64,000 nt of DNA. Origin: the human T2T-CHM13v2.0 reference genome, Homo sapiens. Where the stretch lies: NCBI RefSeq assembly GCF_009914755.1, contig NC_060927.1, one strand, 5' to 3'. The position numbers and the translations under genes are program-made. Shown here piece by piece: positions 1 to 11,600 of the stretch (its first letter is position 1; the number at the start of each line of letters is the position of its first letter). The notes under the pieces were generated by a model. It searched no databases, had not been told where the DNA came from, and saw nothing but the letters and a program-made list of their open reading frames with translations.

Positions 1-281
1 AAGTCTTTCCATACTGCTCTATGCAAAGAAATGTTCAAATCTGTGAGTTTAATACACACATCACAAAGCAGTTTCTGAGAATGATACTGTCTAGTTTTTA
101 TACGAAGATATTTCCTTTTGTACCATTGGCCTCATACTGCTAGAATTTTCCACTTGCAAATTCCACAAAAAGAGTGTTTCCAATCCGCTCTGTCTAAAGG
201 AAGGTTCAACTCTCTGATTTGAATACATACATCCCAAAAGAAGTTACTGAGAATTCTTCTGTCTAGCATTATGTGAAGAAA

Positions 282-298
282 TCCCGTTTCCAACGAAA
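282..298 (-). promoter_or_regulatory. CENP-B box (intact; representative of this HOR position)
   Basis: The minus strand reads TTTCGTTGGAAACGGGA, matching YTTCGTTGGAARCGGGA. Confidence 0.92.
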
Positions 299-622
299 GC
301 CTCAAAGAGGCCCAAATATCCAGTTGCAGAATTTACAAACTGACTGTTTCCAAACTCATCTATGAAAAGAAAAGTTAAACTCTGTGAGTTGAATGCACAT
401 ATCACAAAGTAGTTCCTGAGAATGATTCTGTCTAGTTTTTATACGAAGATATTTCCTTTTCCACCAATGGCCTCAAAGTGCTTGAAATCTCCCCTTGCAA
501 ATTCCACAGACAAGTGTTTCAAATCTGCACTGTCTAAAGGAAGGTTCAACCCTGTGAGTTGAATACACACACACAGAAAAAAATTCACTGAGAATTCTAT
601 TGTCTATCATTACACGAAGAAA

Positions 623-639
623 TCCCGTTTACTACGAAG
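623..639 (-). promoter_or_regulatory. Variant CENP-B box retaining the nine essential bases
   Basis: The minus strand reads CTTCGTAGTAAACGGGA, which fits NTTCGNNNNANNCGGGN. Confidence 0.75.
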
Positions 640-961
640 GCCTCAAAGAGGTCCAAATATCCAGCTGCAGACATTACAAACTGAGTGTTTCCAAAGTGCT
701 CTATGAAAAGAAGTGTTAAACACTGTGAGTTCAATGCACACATCCCAAAGCAGTTTCTGACAATGATTCCGTCTATTTTTTCTACGAAGATATTTCCTTT
801 TCTACCGTTGGCCTCAAAGCGCTTGAAATCTCCACTTGCAAATTCCACAAAAAGAGAGTTTCAAATCTGCTCTGTCTAAAGGAAGGTTCAACTCTGTGAG
901 TTGAATACACACCACAAAAAGAAGTTACTGAGAATTCTTCTGTCTAGCATTATATGAAAAA

Positions 962-978
962 TCCCGTTTCCAACGAAG
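962..978 (-). promoter_or_regulatory. CENP-B box (intact)
   Basis: CTTCGTTGGAAACGGGA on the minus strand. Confidence 0.93.
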
Positions 979-1299
979 GCCACAAAGAGGTCCAAATATC
1001 CACTTGCAGATTCTGCAAAAAGAGTGTTTCCAAACTGCTCTATGAAAAGAAACGTTAAACTCTGTGAGTTGAACGCAAACATCACAAAGTAGTTTCTGAG
1101 AATGACTCCGTCTAGTTTTTATACGAAGATATTTCCTTTCCTACCATTCACTTCAAAGCGCTTGAAGTCTCCCCCTGAAAATTCCACAAAAAGTGTTTCC
1201 AATCTGCTCCGCCTAAAGGAAGCTTCAACTCTGTGAGTTGAATACCCACAACCCAAAGAAGTTACTGAGAATTCTTCTGTCTAGCATTATATGAAGAAA

Positions 1300-1316
1300 T
1301 CCCGTTTCCAACGAAG
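1300..1316 (-). promoter_or_regulatory. CENP-B box (intact)
   Basis: CTTCGTTGGAAACGGGA on the minus strand. Confidence 0.93.
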
Positions 1317-1638
1317 GCCTCAAATACATCCAAATATCCAGTTGCTGACTTTACAAACTGAGTGTTTCCAAACTGCTCTATGAAAAGAAAGATTAAACAC
1401 TGTGAGTTGAACACACACGTACCAAAGTAGTTTCTGAGAATGATTCTGTCTAGTTTGCATACGAAGATATTTCCTTTTCTACCATTGGCCTCAAAGCTTT
1501 GAAATCTCCACTTGCAAATTCCACAAAAAGAGAGTTTCAAATCTGCTGTTTCTAAAGGAAAGTTCAACTCTGAGAGTTGAATACACACCAGAAAAAGCAG
1601 TTACTGAGAAGTCTTCTGTCTAGCATTATATGAAGAAA

Positions 1639-1655
1639 TCCCATTTCCAACGAAG
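1639..1655 (-). promoter_or_regulatory. Degenerate CENP-B box (CGGG to TGGG), fixed at this HOR position
   Basis: The minus strand reads CTTCGTTGGAAATGGGA. The same TCCCATTTCCAACGAAGACTTC occurs in every full-length unit I inspected. Confidence 0.85.
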
Positions 1656-1979
1656 ACTTCAAAGAGGTCCAAATATCCACTTGCAGATTCTGCAAAAAGA
1701 GTGTTTCGAAACAACTGTATGAAAAGAAAGGTTAAACACTGTGAGTTGAACGCACACATTGCAAAGCAGTTTCTGAGAATGATTCCGTCTAATTATTATA
1801 CGAAGGTATTTCCTTTTCTATCATTGGCCTCAAAGCACTTGATACCTCCACCTGAAAATTCCACAAAAAGAGTGTTTCCAATCTACTCTGTCTAAAGGAA
1901 CGTTCAACTCTGTGAGTTGAATACACACACACAGAAAGAATTCACTGAGAATTCTTCTGTCTGGCATTACATGAAGAAA

Positions 1980-1996
1980 TCCCGTTTCCAACGAAG
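1980..1996 (-). promoter_or_regulatory. CENP-B box (intact)
   Basis: CTTCGTTGGAAACGGGA on the minus strand. Confidence 0.93.
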
Positions 1997-2493
1997 GCCT
2001 CAAAGAGGTCCAAATATCCACTTGCAGATTCTGCAAAAAGAGTGTTTCAAAACCGCTCCATTAAAAGGAATGTTGAACTCTGTGAGTTGAATGCAAACAT
2101 CACAACTCAGTTGCTGAGAATGCTTCTGACTAGATTTTATGGTAAGATATTTCCTTTTCTACCGTAGGCTTCAATGCCCTCTAAATACACCCTTGCAAAT
2201 TCTACAAAGAGACTGTTTCATAACTGCTCTATAGGAAGAAAGGTTCAACTCTGTGAGTTGAATGCAGAGATCACAACGTGGTTTCTGCGAATGATTCTTT
2301 GTAGTTTTTACATGAAGATATTTCGTTGTCAACCGTAGGCTTCAAAGCACTCAAAGTATTCACTTGGAACTTTTACAAAAAGAGTGTTAGAAAACTGCTC
2401 TTTCCAAAGTAAGGTTCAACTCTGTGAGTTGAATGCACACATAACAATCAAGAACTTTCTGAGAATTCTTCTGTCCTGGTTTATATGAAGAAA

Positions 2494-2510
2494 TACCGTT
2501 TCCAACGAAG
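2494..2510 (-). promoter_or_regulatory. CENP-B box position, mutated in this copy (CGGT) but intact in most other units
   Basis: The plus strand reads TACCGTTTCCAACGAAG here versus TCCCGTTTCCAACGAAG at 5385 in the next unit. Confidence 0.8.
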
Positions 2511-2831
2511 GCCTCAAAGACGTTTAAATATCCACTTGCAGACTTCACAAACAGAGGGTTTCCAAACTGCTCTATGAAAAGAAAGGTTAAACTCTGTGAG
2601 TTGAACGCACACATCACAAAGTAGTTTCTGAGAATGATACTGTCTAGTTTTTATACGAAGATATTTCCTTTCTACCATTGGCGTCAAAGCGCTAGAATTC
2701 TCCACTTGCAAATTCCACAAAAAGAGTGTTTCCAATCTGCTCTGTCTAAAGGAAGGTTCAACTCTGTGAGTTGAATACACACACACAAAGAAGCTACTGA
2801 GAATTCTTTTGTCAAGAATTATAAGAAGAAA

Positions 2832-2848
2832 TCCCGTTTCCAACGAAG
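2832..2848 (-). promoter_or_regulatory. CENP-B box (intact; this box is duplicated in 19- and 13-mers)
   Basis: CTTCGTTGGAAACGGGA on the minus strand. Confidence 0.93.
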
Positions 2849-5529
2849 GCCTCAAAGAGTTCCAAATATCCACTTGCACACTGCACAAACTAAGTCTTTC
2901 CAAACTGCTCTATGCAAAGAAATGTTGAACTCTGTGAGTTTAATACACACATCACAAAGCAGTTTCTGAGAATGATACTGTCTAGTTTTTATACGAAGAT
3001 ATTTCCTTTTGTACCATTGGCCTCATACTGCTAGAATTTTCCACTTGCAAATTCCACAAAAAGAGTGTTTCCAATCCGCTCTGTCTAAAGGAAGGTTCAA
3101 CTCTCTGATTTGAATACATACATCCCAAAAGAAGTTACTGAGAATTCTTCTGTCTAGCATTATGTGAAGAAATCCCGTTTCCAACGAAAGCCTCAAAGAG
3201 GTCCAAATATCCAGTTGCAGAATTTACAAACTGACTGTTTCCAAACTCATCTATGAAAAGAAAGGTTAAACTCTGGGAGTTGAATGCACATATCACAAAG
3301 TAGTTCCTGAGAATGATTCTGTCTAGTTTTCATACGAAGATATTTCCTTTTCCACCAATGGCCTCAAAGTGCTTGAAATCTCCCCTTGCAAATTCCACAG
3401 ACAAGTGTTTCAAATCTGCACTGTCTAAAGGAAGGTTCAACCCTGTGAGTTGAATACACACACACAGAAAAAAATTCACTGAGAATTCTATTGTCTATCA
3501 TTACACGAAGAAATCCCGTTTACTACGAAGGCCTCAAAGAGGTCCAAATATCCAGCTGCAGACATTACAAACTGAGTGTTTCCAAAGTGCTCTATGAAAA
3601 GAAGTGTTAAACACTGTGAGTTCAATGCACACATCCCAAAGCAGTTTCTGAGAATGATTCCGTCTATTTTTTCTACGAAGATATTTCCTTTTCTGCCGTT
3701 GGCCTCAAAGCGCTTGAAATCTCCACTTGCAAATTCCACAAAAAGAGAGTTTCAAATCTGCTCTGTCTAAAGGAAGGTTCAACTCTGTGAGTTGAATACA
3801 CACCACAAAAAGAAGTTACTGAGAATTCTTCTGTCTAGCATTATATGAAAAATCCCGTTTCCAACGAAGGCCACAAAGAGGTCCAAATATCCACTTGCAG
3901 ATTCTGCAAAAAGAGTGTTTCCAAACTGCTCTATGAAAAGAAACGTTAAACTCTGTGAGTTGAACGCAAACATCACAAAGTAGTTTCTGAGAATGACTCC
4001 GTCTAGTTTTTATACGAAGATATTTCCTTTCCTACCATTCACTTCAAAGCGCTTGAAGTCTCCCCCTGAAAATTCCACAAAAAGTGTTTCCAATCTGCTC
4101 CGCCTAAAGGAAGCTTCAACTCTGTGACTTGAATACCCACAACCCAAAGAAGTTACTGAGAATTCTTCTGTCTAGCATTATATGAAGAAATCCCGTTTCC
4201 AACGAAGGCCTCAAATACATCCAAATATCCAGTTGCTGACTTTACAAACTGAGTGTTTCCAAACTGCTCTATGAAAAGAAAGGTTAAACACTGTGAGTTG
4301 AACACACACGTACCAAAGTAGTTTCTGAGAATGATTCTGTCTAGTTTGCATACGAAGATATTTCCTTTTCTACCATTGGCCTCAAAGCTCTGAAATCTCC
4401 ACTTGCAAATTCCACAAAAAGAGAGTTTCAAATCTGCTGTTTCTAAAGGAAAGTTCAACTCTGAGAGTTGAATACACACCAGAAAAAGCAGTTACTGAGA
4501 AGTCTTCTGTCTAGCATTATATGAAGAAATCCCATTTCCAACGAAGACTTCAAAGAGGTCCAAATATCCACTTGCAGATTCTGCAAAAAGAGTGTTTCAA
4601 AACAACTGTATGAAAAGAAAGGTTAAACACTGTGAGTTGAATGCACACATTGCAAAGCAGTTTCTGAGAATGATTCCGTCTAATTATTATACGAAGGTAT
4701 TTCTTTTTCTATCATTGGCCTCAAAGCGCTTGATACCTCCACCTGAAAATTCCACAAAAAGAGTGTTTCCAATCTACTCTGTCTAAAGGAACGTTCAACT
4801 CTGTGAGTTGAATACACACACACAGAAAGAATTCACTGAGAATTCTTCTGTCTGGCATTACATGAAGAAATCCCGTTTCCAACGAAGGCCTCAAAGAGGT
4901 CCAAATATCCACTTGCAGATTCTGCAAAAAGAGTGTTTCAAAACCGCTCCATTAAAAGGAATGTTGAACTCTGTGAGTTGAATGCAAACATCACAACTCA
5001 GTTGCTGAGAATGCTTCTGACTAGATTTTATGGTAAGATATTTCCTTTTCTACCGTAGGCTTCAATGCCCTCTAAATACACCCTTGCAAATTCTACAAAG
5101 AGACTGTTTCATAACTGCTCTATAGGAAGAAAGGTTCAACTCTGTGAGTTGAATGCAGAGATCACAACGTGGTTTCTGCGAATGATTCTTTGTAGTTTTT
5201 ACATGAAGATATTTCGTTGTCAACCGTAGGCTTCAAAGCATTCAAAGTATTCACTTGGAACTTTTACAAAAAGAGTGTTAGAAAACTGCTCTTTCCAAAG
5301 TAAGGTTCAACTCTGTGAGTTGAATGCACACATAACAATCAAGAAGTTTCTGAGAATTCTTCTGTCCTGGTTTATATGAAAAAATCCCGTTTCCAACGAA
5401 GGCCTCAAAGACGTTTAAATATCCACTTGCAGACTTCACAAACAGAGGGTTTCCAAACTGCTCTATGAAAAGAAAGGTTAAACTCTGTGAGTTGAACGCA
5501 CACATCACAATGTAGCTTCTGAGAATGAT

Positions 5530-5632
5530 TCTGTCTAGTTTTCATACGAAGATATTTCCTTTTCCACCAATGGCCTCAAAGTGCTTGAAATCTCCCCTTG
5601 CAAATTCCACAGACAAGTGTTTCAAATCTGCA
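5530..5632. other. Out-of-register gene-conversion-like tract (monomer segment replaced by the one four monomers downstream)
   Basis: CCACCAATGGCCTCAAAGTGCTTGAAATCTCCCCTTGCAAATTCCACAGACAAG replaces the expected CTACCATTGGCGTCAAAGCGCTAGAATTC. It matches 6209-6311, and unit length is unchanged. Confidence 0.85.
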
Positions 5633-8600
5633 CTGTCTAAAGGAAGGTTCAACTCTGTGAGTTGAATACACACACACAAAGAAGCTACTGAGAATTCTTT
5701 TGTCAAGAATTATAAGAAGAAATCCCGTTTCCAACGAAGGCCTCAAAGAGTTCCAAATATCCACTTGCACACTGCACAAACTAAGTCTTTCCAAACTGCT
5801 CTATGCAAAGAAATGTTCAACTCTGTGAGTTTAATACACACATCACAAAGCAGTTTCTGAGAATGATACTGTCTAGTTTTTATACGAAGATATTTCCTTT
5901 TGTACCATTGGCCTCATACTGCTAGAATTTTCCACTTGCAAATTCCACAAAAAGAGTGTTTCCAATCCGCTCTGTCTAAAGGAAGGTTCAACTCTCTGAT
6001 TTGAATACATACATCCCAAAAGAAGTTACTGAGAATTCTTCTGTCTAGCATTATGTGAAGAAATCCCGTTTCCAACGAAAGCCTCAAAGAGGTCCAAATA
6101 TCCAGTTGCAGAATTTACAAACTGACTGTTTCCAAACTCATCTATGAAAAGAAAGGTTAAACTCTGGGAGTTGAATGCACATATCACAAAGTAGTTCCTG
6201 AGAATGATTCTGTCTAGTTTTCATACGAAGATATTTCCTTTTCCACCAATGGCCTCAAAGTGCTTGAAATCTCCCCTTGCAAATTCCACAGACAAGTGTT
6301 TCAAATCTGCACTGTCTAAAGGAAGGTTCAACCCTGTGAGTTGAATACACACACACAGAAAAAAATTCACTGAGAATTCTATTGTCTATCATTACACGAA
6401 GAAATCCCGTTTACTACGAAGGCCTCAAAGAGGTCCAAATATCCAGCTGCAGACATTACAAACTGAGTGTTTCCAAAGTGCTCTATGAAAAGAAGTGTTA
6501 AACACTGTGAGTTCAATGCACACATCCCAAAGCAGTTTCTGAGAATGATTCCGTCTATTTTTTCTACGAAGATATTTCCTTTTCTACCGTTGGCCTCAAA
6601 GCGCTTGAAATCTCGACTTGCAAATTCCACAAAAAGAGAGTTTCAAATCTGCTCTGTCTAAAGCAAGGTTCAACTCTGTGAGTTGAATACACACCACAAA
6701 AAGAAGTTACTGAGAATTCTTCTGTCTAGCATTATATGAAAAATCCCGTTTCCAACGAAGGCCACAAAGAGGTCCAAATATCCACTTGCAGATTCTGCAA
6801 AAAGAGTGTTTCCAAACTGCTCTATGAAAAGAAACGTTAAACTCTGTGATTTGAACGCAAACATCACAAAGTAGTTTCTGAGAATGACTCCGTCTAGTTT
6901 TTATACGAAGATATTTCCTTTCCTACCATTCACTTCAAAGCGCTTGAAGTCTCCCCCTGAAAATTCCACAAAAAGTGTTTCCAATCTGCTCCGCCTAAAG
7001 GAAGCTTCAACTCTGTGACTTGAATACCCACAACCCAAAGAAGTTACTGAGAATTCTTCTGTCTAGCATTATATGAAGAAATCCCGTTTCCAACGAAGGC
7101 CTCAAATACATCCAAATATCCAGTTGCTGACTTTACAAACTGAGTGTTTCCAAACTGCTCTATGAAAAGAAAGGTTAAACACTGTGAGTTGAACACACAC
7201 GTACCAAAGTAGTTTCTGAGAATGATTCTGTCTAGTTTGCATACGAAGATATTTCCTTTTCTACCATTGGCCTCAAAGCTCTGAAATCTCCACTTGCAAA
7301 TTCCACAAAAAGAGAGTTTCAAATCTGCTGTTTCTAAAGGAAAGTTCAACTCTGAGAGTTGAATACACACCAGAAAAAGCAGTTACTGAGAAGTCTTCTG
7401 TCTAGCATTATATGAAGAAATCCCATTTCCAACGAAGACTTCAAAGAGGTCCAAATATCCACTTGCAGATTCTGCAAAAAGAGTGTTTCGAAACAACTCT
7501 ATGAAAAGAAAGGTTAAACACTGTGAGTTGAACGCACACATTGCAAAGCAGTTTCTGAGAATGATTCCGTCTAATTATTATACGAAGGTATTTCCTTTTC
7601 TATCATTGGCCTCAAAGCGCTTGATACCTCCACCTGAAAATTCCACAAAAAGAGTGTTTCCAATCTACTCTGTCTAAAGGAACGTTCAACTCTGTGAGTT
7701 GAATACACACACACAGAAAGAATTCACTGAGAATTCTTCTGTCTGGCATTACATGAAGAAATCCCGTTTCCAACGAAGGCCTCAAAGAGGTCCAAATATC
7801 CACTTGCAGATTCTGCAAAAAGAGTGTTTCAAAACCGCTCCATTAAAAGGAATGTTGAACTCTGTGAGTTGAATGCAAACATCACAACTCAGTTGCTGAG
7901 AATGCTTCTGACTAGATTTTATGGTAAGATATTTCCTTTTCTACCGTAGGCTTCAATGCCCTCTAAATACACCCTTGCAAATTCTACAAAGAGACTGTTT
8001 CATAACTGCTCTATAGGAAGAAAGGTTCAACTCTGTGAGTTGAATGCAGAGATCACAACGTGGTTTCTGCGAATGATTCTTTGTAGTTTTTACATGAAGA
8101 TATTTCGTTGTCAACCGTAGGCTTCAAAGCACTCAAAGTATTCACTTGGAACTTTTACAAAAAGAGTGTTAGAAAACTGCTCTTTCCAAAGTAAGGTTCA
8201 ACTCTGTGAGTTGAATGCACACATAACAATCAAGAAGTTTCTGAGAATTCTTCTGTCCTGGTTTATATGAAAAAATCCCGTTTCCAACGAAGGCCTCAAA
8301 GACGTTTAAATATCCACTTGCAGACTTCACAGAGTGTTTCCAAACTGCTCTATGAAAAGAAAGGTTAAACTCTGTGAGTTGAACGCACACATCACAAAGT
8401 AGTTTCTGAGAATGATACTGTCTAGTTTTTATACGAAGATATTTCCTTTCTACCATTGGCGTCAAAGCGCTAGAATTCTCCACTTGCAAATTCCACAAAA
8501 AGAGTGTTTCCAATCTGCTCTGTCTAAAGGAAGGTTCAACTCTGTGAGTTGAATACACACACACAAAGAAGCTACTGAGAATTCTTTTGTCAAGAATTAT

Positions 8601-11600
8601 AAGAAGAAATCCCTTTTCCAACGAAGGCCTCAAAGAGTTCCAAATATCCACTTGCACACTGCACAAACTAAGTCTTTCCAAACTGCTCTATGCAAAGAAA
8701 TGTTCAACTCTGTGAGTTTAATACACACATCACAAAGCAGTTTCTGAGAATGATACTGTCTAGGTTTTATACGAAGATATTTCCTTTTGTACCATTGGCC
8801 TCATACTGCTAGAATTTTCCACTTGCAAATTCCACAAAAAGAGTGTTTCCAATCCGCTCTGTCTAAAGGAAGGTTCAACTCTCTGATTTGAATACATACA
8901 TCCCAAAAGAAGTTACTGAGAATTCTTCTGTCTAGCATTATGTGAAGAAATCCCGTTTCCAATGAAAGCCTCAAAGAGGTCCAAATATCCAGTTGCAGAA
9001 TTTACAAACTGACTGTTTCCAAACTCATCTATGAAAAGAAAGGTTAAACTCTGTGAGTTGAATGCACATATCACAAAGTAGTTCCTGAGAATGATTCTGT
9101 CTAGTTTTTATACGAAGATATTTCCTTTTCCACCAATGGCCTCAAAGTGCTTGAAATCTCCCCTTCCAAATTCCACAGACAAGTGTTTCAAATCTGCACT
9201 GTCTAAAGGAAGGTTCAACCCTGTGAGTTGAATACACACACACAGAAAAAAATTCACTGAGAATTCTATTGTCTATCATTACACGAAGAAATCCCGTTTA
9301 CTACGAAGGCCTCAAAGAGGTCCAAATATCCAGCTGCAGACATTACAAACTGAGTGTTTCCAAAGTGCTCTATGAAAAGAAGTGTTAAACACTGTGAGTT
9401 CAATGCACACATCCCAAAGCAGTTTCTGAGAATGATTCCGTCTATTTTTTCTACGAAGATATTTCCTTTTCTACCGTTGGCCTCAAAGCGCTTGAAATCT
9501 CCACTTGCAAATTCCACAAAAAGAGAGTTTCAAATCTGCTCTGTCTAAAGGAAGGTTCAACTCTGTGAGTTGAATACACACCACAAAAAGAAGTTACTGA
9601 GAATTCTTCTGTCTAGCATTATATGAAAAATCCCGTTTCCAACGAAGGCCACAAAGAGGTCCAAATATCCACTTGCAGATTCTGCAAAAAGAGTGTTTCC
9701 AAACTGCTCTATGAAAAGAAACGTTAAACTCTGTGAGTTGAACGCAAACATCACAAAGTAGTTTCTGAGAATGACTCCGTCTAGTTTTTATACGAAGATA
9801 TTTCCTTTCCTACCATTCACTTCAAAGCGCTTGAAGTCTCCCCCTGAAAATTCCACAAAAAGTGTTTCCAATCTGCTCCGCCTAAAGGAAGCTTCAACTC
9901 TGTGACTTGAATACCCACAACCCAAAGAAGTTACTGAGAATTCTTCTGTCTAGCATTATATGAAGAAATCCCGTTTCCAACGAAGGCCTCAAATACATCC
10001 AAATATCCAGTTGCTGACTTTACAAACTGAGTGTTTCCAAACTGCTCTATGAAAAGAAAGGTTAAACACTGTGAGTTGAACACACACGTACCAAAGTAGT
10101 TTCTGAGAATGATTCTGTCTAGTTTGCATACGAAGATATTTCCTTTTCTACCATTGGCCTCAAAGCTTTGAAATCTCCACTTGCAAATTCCACAAAAAGA
10201 GAGTTTCAAATCTGCTGTTTCTAAAGGAAAGTTCAACTCTGAGAGTTGAATACACACCAGAAAAAGCAGTTACTGAGAAGTCTTCTGTCTAGCATTATAT
10301 GAAGAAATCCCATTTCCAACGAAGACTTCAAAGAAGTCCAAATATCCACTTGCAGATTCTGCAAAAAGAGTGTTTCGAAACAACTGTATGAAAAGAAAGG
10401 TTAAACACTGTGAGTTGAACGCACACATTGCAAAGCAGTTTCTGAGAATGATTCCGTCTAATTATTATACGAAGGTATTTCCTTTTCTATCATTGGCCTC
10501 AAAGCGCTTGATACCTCCACCTGAAAATTCCACAAAAAGAGTGTTTCCAATCTACTCTGTCTAAAGGAACGTTCAACTCTGTGAGTTGAATACACACACA
10601 CAGAAAGAATTCACTGAGAATTCTTCTGTCTGGCATTACATGAAGAAATCCCGTTTCCAACGAAGGCCTCAAAGAGGTCCAAATATCCACTTGCAGATTC
10701 TGCAAAAAGAGTGTTTCAAAACCGCTCCATTAAAAGGAATGTTGAACTCTGTGAGTTGAATGCAAACATCACAACTCAGTTGCTGAGAATGCTTCTGACT
10801 AGATTTTATGGTAAGATATTTCCTTTTCTACCGTAGGCTTCAATGCCCTCTAAATACACCCTTGCAAATTCTACAAAGAGACTGTTTCATAACTGCTCTA
10901 TAGGAAGAAAGGTTCAACTCTGTGAGTTGAATGCAGAGATCACAACGTGGTTTCTGCGAATGATTCTTTGTAGTTTTTACATGAAGATATTTCGTTGTCA
11001 ACCGTAGGCTTCAAAGCACTCAAAGTATTCACTTGGAACTTTTACAAAAAGAGTGTTAGAAAACTGCTCTTTCCAAAGTAAGGTTCAACTCTGTGAGTTG
11101 AATGCACACATAACAATCAAGAAGTTTCTGAGAATTCTTCTGTCCTGGTTTATATGAAAAAATCCCGTTTCCAACGAAGGCCTCAAAGACGTTTAAATAT
11201 CCACTTGCAGACTTCACAGAGTGTTTCCAAACTGCTCTATGAAAAGAAAGGTTAAACTCTGTGAGTTGAACGCACACATCACAAAGTAGTTTCTGAGAAT
11301 GATACAGTCTAGTTTTTATACGAAGATATTTCCTTTCTACCATTGGCGTCAAAGCGCTAGAATTCTCCACTTGCAAATTCCACAAAAAGAGTGTTTCCAA
11401 TCTGCTCTGTCTAAAGGAAGGTTCAACTCTGTGAGTTGAATACACACACACAAAGAAGCTACTGAGAATTCTTTTGTCAAGAATTATAAGAAGAAATCCC
11501 TTTTCCAACGAAGGCCTCAAAGAGTTCCAAATATCCACTTGCACACTGCACAAACTAAGTCTTTCCAAACTGCTCTATGCAAAGAAATGTTCAACTCTGT

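Noticed and set aside
564-583. Short (AC)n and A-run (TACACACACACAGAAAAAAA)
   Set aside because: It is a fixed monomer-specific part of the HOR with constant length across units, not an independent microsatellite or retrotransposon tail.
2321-2337. TTTCGTTGTCAACCGTA resembling a plus-strand (inverted) CENP-B box
   Set aside because: It has TTCG but lacks the correctly placed A and CGGG. It is a diverged box-free (A-type) site in a normally oriented monomer.
8169-8681. Longest ORF (170 aa; also 11056, 16834, 19721)
   Set aside because: It is created by the 4-bp deletion fusing two chance frames of satellite sequence, with no evidence of coding function.
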